NCBI GenBank assembly: GCA_035518715.1
Contig: DATIXJ010000027.1
Coordinates: 85,657 to 149,656 of the forward strand
Direction: 5' to 3'
Origin: Bacteroidota bacterium
Lineage (GTDB): Bacteria; Bacteroidota; Ignavibacteria; UBA10030; SZUA-254
Length of the DNA stretch: 64,000 bases
Each line of letters begins with the position of its first letter. Positions within the stretch are counted from its first letter, which is position 1. The notes below the pieces were generated by a model. The model made no database searches. It had not been told where the DNA came from and worked only from the letters and a program-made list of their open reading frames with translations. Both the position numbers and the translations under genes were made by a program. Shown here piece by piece: positions 42,725 through 53,423 of the stretch.

Positions 42725-43831
42725 ATGAGAAATCCGATACAGGTTTCAAAACCGGTTATTGCCCCCGATGAACGGGCCCGTGTCGATCAGGTACTTCAGT
42801 CGGGAATGATCGCCTCGGGGAAAGTTGTCGAAGAGTTCGAGCAAAAATTCTCCGCTTATTGCGGCTGCAAATTTGGTATTGCAACAAGCAACGGTACCAC
42901 CGCACTTCATGCCGCTCTTCAAACACTGGGGATCGGCAAGGGCGACAAGGTGCTGACGACTCCCTTCACCTTCATCGCCTCCACGAATTCGATTGCGTAC
43001 TGCGGTGCAACACCGGTCTTTGGAGATATCGACCCGAAAACCTATAACCTGGATCCGGAATCCGCCCGGGCGATCCTCGCGAAGCAAAGGGATATCAAGG
43101 CGATTCTCCTTGTCCATCTTTACGGTCTCCCGTGTGATATGGATGCATTCCTCCGGCTGAAGAAGGAGTTCGGCGTGCTTCTTATCGAGGACTGCGCTCA
43201 GGCGCACGGTGCAACATACGGCGGACGGAAAGTCGGGTCGATCGGTGACATCGGGGTGTTCAGCTTTTACGCTACGAAAAATCTTACCACCGGCGAAGGG
43301 GGCATGATCGTGACTCACGATGAATCGGTCTCCAAGTGCATCCGCAAACTTATCAATCACGGGAGAACCGGACAATATGAGCACGATATCCTCGGATACA
43401 ACTACCGGATGACGAATATTGCCGCAGCGATCGGGATCGGTCAGCTGGAAAAGCTCGATACGAACAATCGACGGAGGCAGGAAATTGCAGCCCGGTACAC
43501 GAGGGAGTTTTCAGCGCTTCCATGGTTAAAAGTTCCTCATGTCCCGGCAGGCAGTACGCACGTCTATCATCAATATACACTCCGAACTCCCAGGCGGGAT
43601 ACATTCAGGAAGTATCTGGGAGACAATCAGATCGGGAGCTTCATCGTTTACCCTCTCCCCAACTGCCAGCAGCCGCTGTACCGGGGAACGTGTGACTGCG
43701 ATCCCAAGGGCGACCGGATCTGCGGGAATTCGATCAACGCAAGTGCGGAAGTGCTGTCAATTCCGGTCCATCCATACCTCACCAAGGACGATATCGAGCA
43801 TATCGTCTCGACCGTAAAGAAGTTCCATTGA
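42725..43831 (+). CDS. DegT/DnrJ/EryC1/StrS-family PLP-dependent sugar aminotransferase
   Basis: Motifs: NGTTALHAAL, EDCAQAHGA, SFYATKNLTTGEGGMIV (PLP lysine), GYNYRMTNIAAAIG. Confidence 0.95.
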   Translation: MRNPIQVSKPVIAPDERARVDQVLQSGMIASGKVVEEFEQKFSAYCGCKFGIATSNGTTALHAALQTLGIGKGDKVLTTPFTFIASTNSIAYCGATPVFGDIDPKTYNLDPESARAILAKQRDIKAILLVHLYGLPCDMDAFLRLKKEFGVLLIEDCAQAHGATYGGRKVGSIGDIGVFSFYATKNLTTGEGGMIVTHDESVSKCIRKLINHGRTGQYEHDILGYNYRMTNIAAAIGIGQLEKLDTNNRRRQEIAARYTREFSALPWLKVPHVPAGSTHVYHQYTLRTPRRDTFRKYLGDNQIGSFIVYPLPNCQQPLYRGTCDCDPKGDRICGNSINASAEVLSIPVHPYLTKDDIEHIVSTVKKFH

Positions 43832-44784
43832 TGTCGGTACCGGCGCGCAACCCACAAGAGAAAGCTCCAGCAGTTCCACGTGTCGCAGTCATCCTGGTGC
43901 ATTTGGAGCAGGAAGTTCTTACCGCTGATTGCATCGAATCGCTTCGGCACGTCTCGTATCCGAACGTCGATATTGTCCTCGTCGACAACGGGTCAACGAA
44001 TGGGTCGGGTCTTCGGCTTCAGATGAAATTCCCCGATATTCACTTTATACGCAACGAAACGAACTCGGGTTTTGCCGGCGGAAACAACGTGGGAATCCGT
44101 CTGGCTCTGGAGCGTGGTGCTGATTACATCATGCTGCTCAATAACGACACCGTTGTGGATTCCGGCTTCATCGAACCGTTAGTCAGGTATGCAGACACCA
44201 ACTCTTCGGTTGGGGTTCAGGGTTGCAAGATTTATTTCTTTGATCCGAACGACAAGCTGTGGTTTGCGGGAGGATGCCTCAAACCCCATTCCGGCAGGGG
44301 GTACCACCGCGGACTCCTTGAGCCGGATTCCGGTCAGTATGACAACATTGAGGAAACCGACTTTGTGACCGGCTGCATGATGTTCATTGCGAGCCATGTG
44401 ATACGCGAAGTCGGGTTTCTCGACGAGCAATGGTTTCTCTACCTCGAGGATGTTGACTGGTGCATGCGTGCCCGTCGTGCCGGATATCTGATCGTGTATA
44501 ATCCTCGCTCGGTGATTTGGCATAAGGCCTCCTCTTCAACGAGGCACGACAGCCCGGTCTATCTCTACTTCACGATGCGGAATAAAATTCTCTTTGTTCG
44601 GCGGTATTCGGGAATTTTTCACTGGGGTTTGCGTATTCCCTATTTTCTTTTCTTCTACGGACGCCAATTGATACGAATGAGGATTAAATGGAAGTCAAAA
44701 GCCGGAACGCGGGCAGTTTGGGCCGGACTGATGGATGGGCTCCATGGCGTGACCGGAAAAGGGAGCATTGATTTACTAACCTGA
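43828..44784 (+). CDS. GT2 glycosyltransferase
   Basis: Motifs: VLVDNGSTNGS, NSGFAGGNNVG, LNNDT, YLEDVDWC. Overlaps the upstream stop by 4 nt. Confidence 0.9.
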   Translation: MMSVPARNPQEKAPAVPRVAVILVHLEQEVLTADCIESLRHVSYPNVDIVLVDNGSTNGSGLRLQMKFPDIHFIRNETNSGFAGGNNVGIRLALERGADYIMLLNNDTVVDSGFIEPLVRYADTNSSVGVQGCKIYFFDPNDKLWFAGGCLKPHSGRGYHRGLLEPDSGQYDNIEETDFVTGCMMFIASHVIREVGFLDEQWFLYLEDVDWCMRARRAGYLIVYNPRSVIWHKASSSTRHDSPVYLYFTMRNKILFVRRYSGIFHWGLRIPYFLFFYGRQLIRMRIKWKSKAGTRAVWAGLMDGLHGVTGKGSIDLLT

Positions 44785-44793
44785 CCATTCTCC

Positions 44794-45951
44794 ATGTCGA
44801 TATCTGACATTCTTCTCGGACCGATTCTCTGGTTCATTAAATTTCTGATCTCCGGGAAAAAGACACCGATCGTGCTGCAATCTCCGAGCCGAATTCTCGT
44901 GCTCGATTTTGCCTATGTCGGCGATATGGTGATGACGTCCCCCGTTTACCGGAATCTGAAGGAGCACTTCCCCGAAGCGTCAATTGAAGCGCTCGTTTTT
45001 CCACTCGATGCGGGAGTGATGAAGACAAACCCGTATGTCGATCAAGTACATGTCCACCCTCATGGATTCTACAGGTTCGGACTCGGGATCATCCGGAACC
45101 TCAGGAAGAGGAACTATGATCTTGGTATACAGGTCAATACTTCACTTCGGAATAATTTCATTCTCTGGCTGATCCATCCAATGTTTCGGATCGGCTATGA
45201 TTTCCGGCACCGCGGATGCTTCCATAATGTCCGGATTCCCATCGCCGCGCGAACCGCACACACGATCTATCGCGTCGATGAGGAGCTCGTTCTCCTTGAA
45301 CAGGGATTAGGGTGGACAATTACAAACCGCACCATGGTTTATCATGTTGCCGAAGAAGTGAGAGTGCGGGTAGGGGAGACTCTCAGAACGTACGGGGTTT
45401 CGGCAACAGAACTTCTCGTCGGCGTTCACTGCAATTCGCGTCAGACGCACGAATTCCGTCGGTGGGATCAGATGAAATTTGCCGAACTTCTCGACAAGAT
45501 CTCGGAATCGTACCCTGCGAAATTCATCTTCACGGGCGGCCCGTCGGATGAAGAATATGAGCAGGGGATTCTCGGGCAGCTTCGATTCCGCGACCGGGTG
45601 ATTGACGGTCCGAGGTTCAGCCTGGAAGAACTCGGGGCGTTATTCCAGCGCCTGAATCTCTTTGTGACGATCAATACCGGACCGATGCACATTGCGATCT
45701 CGCAGAATACGCCGACGCTTGCCATCATCGGCGTCGTACCAGCACGCGTCATCTATCCTTCAGGAAATCCAAGATTTCAACACGTGATGGATCCGGCTCT
45801 TGAGGTCTGGGACACAACAGCCATTCATCCGAAGTATGTACCGCGCATTGAGGAAATCGCCGTCGAGGAGGTATACCGGAAGGCGAAATATCTTCTGGAT
45901 CATTTTGCGCAACCTGCACATACGGAACCGGCACATTCACAACACCACTGA
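44794..45951 (+). CDS. Glycosyltransferase family 9 (heptosyltransferase-like), second copy
   Basis: Motifs: ILVLDFAYVGDMVMTSPVYRNLKEHFP and TINTGPMHIA. Confidence 0.85.
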   Translation: MSISDILLGPILWFIKFLISGKKTPIVLQSPSRILVLDFAYVGDMVMTSPVYRNLKEHFPEASIEALVFPLDAGVMKTNPYVDQVHVHPHGFYRFGLGIIRNLRKRNYDLGIQVNTSLRNNFILWLIHPMFRIGYDFRHRGCFHNVRIPIAARTAHTIYRVDEELVLLEQGLGWTITNRTMVYHVAEEVRVRVGETLRTYGVSATELLVGVHCNSRQTHEFRRWDQMKFAELLDKISESYPAKFIFTGGPSDEEYEQGILGQLRFRDRVIDGPRFSLEELGALFQRLNLFVTINTGPMHIAISQNTPTLAIIGVVPARVIYPSGNPRFQHVMDPALEVWDTTAIHPKYVPRIEEIAVEEVYRKAKYLLDHFAQPAHTEPAHSQHH

Positions 45952-45963
45952 TGGGAATTTGAT

Positions 45964-48531
45964 ATGAAACAAAGAGAAAAGGGAACAAAGTCGAGAGTGT
46001 CGAACGAATCCGCGACCTGGTTCGACCGGCTCACGATACGGCAGCGGGATCTCGTCTGCGTCGGTGCAATCCTGCTCGTCGTCTATATCCTCTTTTTCAA
46101 GATCGTTTTCTCGGGGTATATCTTTTCGAGCGATACCGACACTGCCGCCCAGCAAAGCTGGGCGAAGGCGATGACGCACATCGCCACGACGGAACATGTG
46201 GAGCCGCTCTGGGTTCCCTACATTTTCTGCGGAATGCCGGTGTTCGGACCGCTTCTCTTTCCGCGGACGATGAATTATCTCGAGACGATCATTCAGTGGC
46301 TTGGACGTCTCCTCTTTTTCGGTGCTGATCCGTGGCTCGTGCCGCACTATTTCCTGGCAGGGCTCTTCATGTATCTTCTTGCGCGGCAACTGAAATTCTC
46401 GCCGCTCCCGTCGCTTCTTGCTGCCTTTGTTGTCGTCCTGAACCCGTATGCGATCGGTCTCGCCCAGGCGGGGCATGGTTCCAAGCTCGTCGTGTACAGC
46501 TATTTTGCGCTCCTGTTCCTCCTGACATACCGGCTTTTTGAAAAGCGAACAATACTCAACTTCGGCCTTCTCGCAGCTGCGATCGGGATGACCCTGTTAG
46601 ACCGCCATCCGCAGATGGCTTTCTATGCATTGCTCGCCATCGGAATCTACCTCCTTTACGAAATCATCTTCGATGTGAAGGAGAAGCGGGCGGCTCTCGC
46701 GGCGACGAAGACAGGGCTGATGGCACTGGCGGTCGTTATCGGGTTCGCGGTCTACGCATGCGAATTTCTCCCGACGCAGGAGTATGCGAAGTTTTCCATT
46801 CGCGGCGGGAGCGGAAGCGGGGAAGGCGGCGGAGGATTGACATACGATTACGCTACGAACTGGTCCCTGCACCCGTTCGAGCTTGCGACCTACGTTATTC
46901 CTTCGTTCTTCGGTTTCTCGAGCAGCTATGTCACCGACTGGCAGGGACAGCAGGCTACTCTGCCGCTCTACTGGGGATGGATGCCGTTTACCGATGCACC
47001 ACCGTATATCGGACTCCTCCCCGTACTCCTCGCGATTCTGGGTCTCATGTACAAGCGGAACCGGCTGACATGGTTCTTTGCAATTCTCTCGGGGGTCGTC
47101 TTTCTCATTTCGTTCGGCAACTATTTTGGCGTGCTCTACAATCTGCTCTTCTATTATTTCCCGTACTTCAATAAATTCCGCGCACCGTCGATGATCCTCT
47201 TTCTCATCCCGATGGCATTTGGAATTCTGGCCGCATTCGGCATGACCTTCCTTCTGGACCTGAGATCGGGAGAAACGACCGTCGATACCGTGAAGTTCCG
47301 AAAACGGTTGTTCAGGATTGTCGGCGTGCTGGGAGGCTTACTTGTTGTCGGTCTTGTTGCGAAAGGCGGATTGCAGAGCTACCTTTCCGATTTCATGTTC
47401 GTGAAGCAGGGTGATCTGCAGCAGATGGGGCAGCAAACTCTGAATGTCATCAAGGAGAAACGGTTCGACCTCCTCTGGACGGATTATGTGAAGATGACGA
47501 TCATGGCGGGGGCATTCCTGTACGGAATCATTCTCCTGATCGATAAGAAGATTTCCCGCACGGTCTTTGCGGCTCTCTGCATTGCGGTGACGTGTGTCGA
47601 TCTTGTCATTCTGGATGAGAACTATATCAATCCGAAACCCGCAGTCGCCATGCAGGAACACTTCCAGCCGGACGCAACCGTGAAGTTCCTCTGGACGGAT
47701 TCATCTCTTTACAGGATTTTCCCGATCGGTGAATTGTTTCAGGACAACACCTATATGTATGATCTGATCCCGTCGATCGGCGGATACAGTCCGGCAAAAC
47801 TGAAAATGTACCAGGAGCTGATTGATTCGACATTCTATCACGGGGCGGATCCAAAATTTCCGCTCAATATGAATGTCATCAGCATGCTGAACACCAAGTA
47901 TTTCCTTGCGGCAGGGAGACTGCCGGAGGACCGTTTCACGCTCGTGAACACGGACCCGGATAAGCGGGTACTGACGTACCGAAACCCGGCATATCTTCCC
48001 CGCACGTGGTTTGTGGATACGGCCGAAGTGACGCTGTCGCGCAGGGACATGTTTTTCCGGCTCAACGATCCTTCGTGGAATCCGAGGAAGCTGGCGTACC
48101 TCGAACGCCCGCTGGTGCAGTCCGTCTCACGGCCCGATTCTTCTTCGGCCTCCATCACAAAGTTTACTTCTGCCGATATCTCGATAGATGCATATGCGTC
48201 AACGCCGGCATTGCTCGTGGTGAGCGAAGTCTACTACCCGGCAGGCTGGAAGGCATTCATCGACGGCTCGGAAACCGAGATCTACAAGACGAATTATGTT
48301 CTGCGGTCGGTTGTCGTTCCCGCGGGGAAGCACACCGTGGAGTTCCGCTTTGCGCCGGAATCGCTCGACAAGGGATACACCATAACAGAAGCGGCCTGGG
48401 GGGTAACGCTCGTTTTGATTCTCGCCGGAGCATTTCAGACACCCTGGGTGAAAAGCAAGCTCGGGATGGGGAAGAAGGGGGAGCGTGTTGATCCTGAGAA
48501 TCCGGACGAACATACGCGGCAAGGTACGTAA
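45964..48531 (+). CDS. YfhO-family polytopic membrane glycosyltransferase (GT-C), second copy
   Basis: EPLWVPYIFCGMPVFG, many TM helices, and the C-terminal motif SEVYYPAGWKAFIDG...GKHTVEFRFAPESL. Confidence 0.9.
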   Translation: MKQREKGTKSRVSNESATWFDRLTIRQRDLVCVGAILLVVYILFFKIVFSGYIFSSDTDTAAQQSWAKAMTHIATTEHVEPLWVPYIFCGMPVFGPLLFPRTMNYLETIIQWLGRLLFFGADPWLVPHYFLAGLFMYLLARQLKFSPLPSLLAAFVVVLNPYAIGLAQAGHGSKLVVYSYFALLFLLTYRLFEKRTILNFGLLAAAIGMTLLDRHPQMAFYALLAIGIYLLYEIIFDVKEKRAALAATKTGLMALAVVIGFAVYACEFLPTQEYAKFSIRGGSGSGEGGGGLTYDYATNWSLHPFELATYVIPSFFGFSSSYVTDWQGQQATLPLYWGWMPFTDAPPYIGLLPVLLAILGLMYKRNRLTWFFAILSGVVFLISFGNYFGVLYNLLFYYFPYFNKFRAPSMILFLIPMAFGILAAFGMTFLLDLRSGETTVDTVKFRKRLFRIVGVLGGLLVVGLVAKGGLQSYLSDFMFVKQGDLQQMGQQTLNVIKEKRFDLLWTDYVKMTIMAGAFLYGIILLIDKKISRTVFAALCIAVTCVDLVILDENYINPKPAVAMQEHFQPDATVKFLWTDSSLYRIFPIGELFQDNTYMYDLIPSIGGYSPAKLKMYQELIDSTFYHGADPKFPLNMNVISMLNTKYFLAAGRLPEDRFTLVNTDPDKRVLTYRNPAYLPRTWFVDTAEVTLSRRDMFFRLNDPSWNPRKLAYLERPLVQSVSRPDSSSASITKFTSADISIDAYASTPALLVVSEVYYPAGWKAFIDGSETEIYKTNYVLRSVVVPAGKHTVEFRFAPESLDKGYTITEAAWGVTLVLILAGAFQTPWVKSKLGMGKKGERVDPENPDEHTRQGT

Positions 48532-48540
48532 AACGAAAAA

Positions 48541-48565
48541 GGCCGGAAGTTCCGGCCTTTGTTTG
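48541..48565. terminator. Hairpin terminator between convergent yfhO-2 and rpsU (T-tract only on the + strand; A-run upstream could serve the minus strand)
   Basis: GGCCGGAA-GT-TCCGGCC is followed by TTTGTTTG. An A-run lies on the other side (ACGAAAAA). Confidence 0.85.
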
Positions 48566-48583
48566 TCTGAAGAGATCAACGAG

Positions 48584-48778
48584 TTACATTTCCTCCATCA
48601 ACGTCCGCTGTGAGCGGCGGATGGCTTTAATTTTCTTCATCCGTTTCTTGACGGAAGGTTTCGAAAAATACGCCCGCTTTTTCACTTCTTTCAGGATACC
48701 CGAACGTTCGTATTTCTTCTTGAAGCGGCGTATCGCGCGGTCGATGTTTTCATTCTCTTGAATGACGATGCCGACCAT
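48584..48778 (-). CDS. rpsU: 30S ribosomal protein S21
   Basis: MVGIVIQENENIDRAIRRFKKKYERSGILKEVKKRAYFSKPSVKKRMKKIKAIRR. GGAGGTG lies upstream of the ATG at 48778. Confidence 0.95.
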   Translation of the reverse strand: MVGIVIQENENIDRAIRRFKKKYERSGILKEVKKRAYFSKPSVKKRMKKIKAIRRSQRTLMEEM

Positions 48779-48811
48779 GCCCTTCACCTCCTTCCATCAG
48801 TCGAATTTGCA

Positions 48812-49204
48812 TTATGATGTCACGATATCTGTTGGTTCCGGTTTCAGATTTTCGATGAGCCGCCGCTGACCCGCTTTCTCAAATGAGACGAGGATCGATT
48901 GGCTCCCATCGGACGTTTTGTTCTTGCTCAGCACGGTGCCGACGTCGTTCCATTCCACGTGAAAGATTGCCTCGCCCACTTTAAACGTTGAAAGAGGGTT
49001 GTACGGCGTTGCCGTTGAAGCATCCAGTTTCAGGGGTTCTGCTTTCAAAGAAGATGCCGAAAGATCAAACAGCGTTGTATGATGGCATCGCGTACAGCGA
49101 AACCAGATTTTATCCTGCTGCCCGCCCATCTCTCCAACAAATTCCATTCTCGTTGCCTTGTTGCAATAGCCACAAAATCGTTCAGAGTATTTTGTTCGAG
49201 CCAT
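48812..49204 (-). CDS. Hypothetical zinc-ribbon protein
   Basis: MARTKYSERFCGYCNK...FRCTRCHH gives two CxxC pairs. It lies immediately upstream of rpsU on the same strand. Confidence 0.55.
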   Translation of the reverse strand: MARTKYSERFCGYCNKATRMEFVGEMGGQQDKIWFRCTRCHHTTLFDLSASSLKAEPLKLDASTATPYNPLSTFKVGEAIFHVEWNDVGTVLSKNKTSDGSQSILVSFEKAGQRRLIENLKPEPTDIVTS

Positions 49205-49576
49205 GCAAGACCTCACGAAGTATGTCAAGGGATAGTGAATTACCGATGAGATGCCGGAAGAATGAAATTTGATTTATGCCTACCACCCGGATCGGAAAGC
49301 GTTTCGGAGAAACCGGACGAGATGCATCTCACTTATAAAATATAGCAAAATCCTCGAATTTAGTCAACAAAAAAGGCATCAAAATTGCGAGTTTCAGCTA
49401 ATCCCCCCAGCCTGCGATGGATCCGAATCTACCAATTCTGGCTCCTTTCGCACGATGTGAACGAGGTTCCAGAGAATTTGCAAGGACGGCGTGTTAGAGG
49501 ATTAGAGGGAAGTCTCCGGAGCTGACGATCCGATCCCATGTCCAGGTGCCTTGTGCGGTAATTTTTCTCGCGAAGA

Positions 49577-50272
49577 TTATTTCTTGCGGGCAGCCACAGC
49601 CCATCCCACAGAATCTGATTCGGCCCTCTTGTCCTGATGGCGAAAGAAAAGAAAATCCAGGAAATTGAAGATCGTGATCAGGGGGTTGCAGAGCAAAAGT
49701 CTGCGGAATGAACCTCCGTAGAGTCTCAGGTTTACGTTGATCACATGAAACAGGACGAGGAACGGTCCGCCCATCGAGCGCATCTCAACCACTTCCAGTC
49801 CGTTTTCTGTGCAGATGTGTCGTAGACCTTCTTTTGTGTATCGGAAATAGTCGTTGGGCCACGAATGAAAATGCCAGTACTGCGGCGTCGTGATAAGGAG
49901 AACCCCATCCTTCTTCAGGACGCGGCTGCATTCTTTCACGGCTGCCTTCGGTTCTGCAAGGTGCTCCATCACCATGAAGAGACCGATCGTATCCGCAGAT
50001 TCATTCTCGAACGGAAGTTCATAGATCGATCCGATGAGATCTGCGCCGGGGACAATGTCAATACTCACGTAGTTCCCGAGTGTCGACAGCACTTCCCGAT
50101 ATTGCTGCTGACCTGCCCCGACATCCAGAACGGATCCGGATTTCCCGAATTTGACGAGCGACCTGACGTGCTTCAGCGGATCGCTGTATCCGGTATACGT
50201 CAGTTTGTAGCTCAGTGCGCGAAATGCTCGAACGAAACGAAGAACGGGATTATTGGATTTTGGCATCGTCAT
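49577..50272 (-). CDS. Class I SAM-dependent methyltransferase
   Basis: Motifs: VLDVGAGQQ, ADTIGLFMVMEHL, KDGVLLITTP. Confidence 0.85.
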   Translation of the reverse strand: MTMPKSNNPVLRFVRAFRALSYKLTYTGYSDPLKHVRSLVKFGKSGSVLDVGAGQQQYREVLSTLGNYVSIDIVPGADLIGSIYELPFENESADTIGLFMVMEHLAEPKAAVKECSRVLKKDGVLLITTPQYWHFHSWPNDYFRYTKEGLRHICTENGLEVVEMRSMGGPFLVLFHVINVNLRLYGGSFRRLLLCNPLITIFNFLDFLFFRHQDKRAESDSVGWAVAARKK

Positions 50273-51423
50273 CCTTGAAATAATTGCCTGTAGAATTCGC
50301 GGTACTTTGCCGAGACCTTTCCGGTGTCGAAGACTTCGGTGACACGCGCACGTCCGCGTGCAGAGATTCTTTTACACTCGTCAGGATTGCAGGCGAGAGA
50401 TCCCAACGCCCCCGCCAGGGAATAGAAGTCGTTCGGTTGAACAAGGATTCCTGCATCTCCCACCACTTCAGGGATTGATCCGCTCAATGTGGATACGACC
50501 GGCTTCCCGCACGCCATGCTTTCCACAAGAACATAACCGAACTGTTCCTGCCAATCGGGAGTTGGAATGCTCGGAAGGACAAAGACATCGGCGAGATTGT
50601 GAATGTGCGGCATCATGTCGTACGGATATGTACCGATGAGTTTGACGTCTTCTTCCATCCTCAATTTTCTGATGAGCTGATGCAGCAGAGGTCCCTCTCT
50701 GCCCTTCCCGCCGATGAGGAGCCTGAGCCGCCTGCCCGTGCGTAACCCATCGAGCAGCACCCGGAAGGCATAGAGGAGGTCATAGATTCCCTTTTCACGA
50801 TCGAGATGTGCGACAAAGAGGATAATGAGGTCATCGCGTGAGCAGCCGAATCTTTTCAGCAGTTCAGGATCTTTCTCCATCGGGTGGAAATGACGGGAAT
50901 CAATACCGGGCATCTGCACCCGGATCTTCTCCCGCGGCGCACCTTCAAGGATCAGCACCTCTTTTGCACGCTCCGAAATTGCAATATAAAGGTCGGCTTC
51001 CGAAAAGATGAGCTCCTTATGCTTAACCGTCACCGGGAGATCGTGCAGGAACGGGATATTCTCCCAAACGGTGAGGACCAGTTTGAATCCCAGGTTTTTC
51101 TTTGCACGTGCTGCCTGATAGGTGAAATAGTACATCGTGTCGGGGGCATGCACAATGTCGAATCCGCGAAGGGCACGTGCAAGTCCGACAAGGTCGTGGT
51201 AATCGCCGAGCAATCTCGTAACCGGAGCGCGGAGAGCCCGGGCTTTAAGAGATTGGCCGAGCGAAAACTTTTTTTGAACCGGAAACGGAATCGAAGAGAC
51301 GTCGAAATTATGCTGTTGACTGGCAATGCCAACCAGGTCATATTCATCCATAAGGGGAGTGAAATTCTGCATCTCCCAGCTGTTAAGATTTGATCCGCGA
51401 ACAACGGCAACTTTTCTTTTCAT
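50269..51423 (-). CDS. Glycosyltransferase family 4 (GT-B)
   Basis: Motifs: VAHLDREKG, VFVLPSIPTPDWQEQFGYVLVESMACGKPVVSTLSGSIPEVV. Confidence 0.9.
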   Translation of the reverse strand: MKRKVAVVRGSNLNSWEMQNFTPLMDEYDLVGIASQQHNFDVSSIPFPVQKKFSLGQSLKARALRAPVTRLLGDYHDLVGLARALRGFDIVHAPDTMYYFTYQAARAKKNLGFKLVLTVWENIPFLHDLPVTVKHKELIFSEADLYIAISERAKEVLILEGAPREKIRVQMPGIDSRHFHPMEKDPELLKRFGCSRDDLIILFVAHLDREKGIYDLLYAFRVLLDGLRTGRRLRLLIGGKGREGPLLHQLIRKLRMEEDVKLIGTYPYDMMPHIHNLADVFVLPSIPTPDWQEQFGYVLVESMACGKPVVSTLSGSIPEVVGDAGILVQPNDFYSLAGALGSLACNPDECKRISARGRARVTEVFDTGKVSAKYREFYRQLFQG

Positions 51424-51478
51424 TGTACAATTCTTTTCAACAGGACAACTCTGCGGTTTGGAACGTCATACGGGTCTG

Positions 51479-52927
51479 TTATTCCAAACCCATCACTCTG
51501 CGGAGCTGAAAAATCTTTCCGAGAAATTCTTTTTCCTGGTCTCCAAAACCGCTCATGGCATACAGGGCCACAAAGTACACCACTGCACCGAGAAAGATAT
51601 CCATGAAAAGATTAAGCCGGCTTGTAAACAGGAGAACGACCCCCATAATTGCCCCGGCGGCGATGATTTTCAGGAAACTCGAAAGGCGCCCGATGGTGTA
51701 CCCTGCTCTCCAGGAGCTGTAAACGTACAAAACAAAGAGAAAAATATCAACAAGCATGATTGCATACGCTGCCCCTTGAAACCCGAAACGAGGGACGAGG
51801 ATGAGATTGACTATGATTGCAACAGCTGCTCCAATAAGAGAAATCGTCATGCAGGTACGTTGGCGGTCAAGGGCGAGCAAGAATGCATAGATGATCCATC
51901 CAAGGTACACGATTGCGTCGCCGCAGATGATGACCTGGAGGACAATTGTGGCCTCGTGGAATGCCGGCGGGTAAAGGAGAGCAATAAGTTTTGGTGCGAT
52001 GATCACTGTCCCTACCCCGAGAGGGATGGAAATCTGAGCAATAACCCTGAGTGAATCTGCCAGGGCCTTCTGCAATTTCTCTCTTGCGGTCGCATAAAAA
52101 TTTGAGAAGATGGGATACACGACCTGTGATAGCGTCATGGGAATGAGAGTCAGAATGGAGATGATCTTGTATCCTGCGCTGAACAATCCGACTTCAAAAT
52201 CACCGCGCGTGTACTTCAATACTGTGGGGCCGATGAACATGTACATAGATATGCCGAGTGAGCTGATAGCGATCGGTGTGCCGGATTGCAGAAGTTCCTT
52301 CCAAAACACTTTGTCAAATTCGAACTGCGGGCGGCCCATCTGTTTCCAATAGAGTACGATGAGGAGGAGGAGGTTCCCGAAAGCCACGAGTATGTTAAAA
52401 ATCAATACCGTATTGACATAAGGGTACCTGCCGATGAGAAGAATTACGAGCACAGAAAGAGCCAGATCGTTGAAAATATTGTAGAGGGAGACAACGGTCA
52501 TTTTGCGGTGTGCCTGGAACGCGGCAAGGAAGACAGTGGAAATTCCATTGATAGCAAACACGACTGCCGTAAGGAGTATTGCCATGTTGGTGACATGAGC
52601 AAAATGGGACACTGCTCCTGCAGTCCCGACGACGAGCCCGGCAAGGAAGACAATGATTCCCTTAAGGACGGTAGCCTTCCCAAGAAATTCTCTGCTTCGC
52701 GAGAGATCGCGTGAAACATCCCGGATCAGGAGTTGAGCGATTCCGAGGTCGAAGAGAACCTGAAAGAGGGAGCAAAAGTAGAGCGCAAAGTTGAGTATGC
52801 CGAAATTCGAGACTCCCAGGAACCGGGAAAGATAATTCAAACGAATCATCCCAAGCAGGAGGCCGATGACTTTTCCTGAAAAGAGGATGACTGTATCAAA
52901 TGTTATTTTCTTTGTTTGGGAAGGCAC
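51479..52927 (-). CDS. wzx: Oligosaccharide flippase (Wzx / polysaccharide-biosynthesis-protein family)
   Basis: The protein is 482 aa with about 12-14 TM segments. The N-terminus reads FSGKVIGLLLGMIRLNYLSRFLGVSNFGILNFAL. Confidence 0.85.
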   Translation of the reverse strand: MPSQTKKITFDTVILFSGKVIGLLLGMIRLNYLSRFLGVSNFGILNFALYFCSLFQVLFDLGIAQLLIRDVSRDLSRSREFLGKATVLKGIIVFLAGLVVGTAGAVSHFAHVTNMAILLTAVVFAINGISTVFLAAFQAHRKMTVVSLYNIFNDLALSVLVILLIGRYPYVNTVLIFNILVAFGNLLLLIVLYWKQMGRPQFEFDKVFWKELLQSGTPIAISSLGISMYMFIGPTVLKYTRGDFEVGLFSAGYKIISILTLIPMTLSQVVYPIFSNFYATAREKLQKALADSLRVIAQISIPLGVGTVIIAPKLIALLYPPAFHEATIVLQVIICGDAIVYLGWIIYAFLLALDRQRTCMTISLIGAAVAIIVNLILVPRFGFQGAAYAIMLVDIFLFVLYVYSSWRAGYTIGRLSSFLKIIAAGAIMGVVLLFTSRLNLFMDIFLGAVVYFVALYAMSGFGDQEKEFLGKIFQLRRVMGLE

Positions 52928-53423
52928 AGATCAATCAATTGTGGAAGGAAGAAGAGCTTCCGCGATAAGGTGAGCATCCGATCATGACTCTGAAAGTACT
53001 AAAAAAATGAAAAAGATACTATGTATCTGCAATCTTAGTAAGCTAATAGTGAAAATAATAAGTGACATTGCTATGTCATCGCACCGGAAGCGTGCAATGA
53101 CCACCCGAGTGTGTTAGGGAGATTGAAAAAATCAGGAAATCGGCAGGCGGGGAAAGGTGTGACGGTTCTCACAGAATATACCCGTTTCGCCCTTCGATCT
53201 GAACCCTATAGATAATGGGATCTAGTTCAGAAGCCAGCGGGTTTGATTATTTCTGAGAAATAGATTACCTTATCAGGAAGTGCTGGGGGTATTTTTTCCA
53301 TTCAGTAGTACTGAAGTTCTTTCCTCAAAAATTGTCATTGCGATTTTACGAGTATCCATGATGACGCGGTCGTTGTGTCATTTGTTCATGGAGTCTTAAC
53401 ACGGTTCTCGAAAGGAGATTGCC

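Noticed and set aside
49229-49576. A 348-bp gap between the zinc-ribbon gene and the methyltransferase, checked on both strands for SRP RNA, tmRNA or 6S-like motifs
   Set aside because: I could not find the conserved SRP domain IV motif, the tmRNA 5' GGGG...tag region, or a long 6S-type imperfect duplex by eye. I left it unannotated.
51326-52054. A 242-aa + strand ORF over the wzx 3' region
   Set aside because: It is antisense to a 12-14-TM flippase gene with consistent hydrophobic periodicity, and its charged low-complexity translation is unconvincing.
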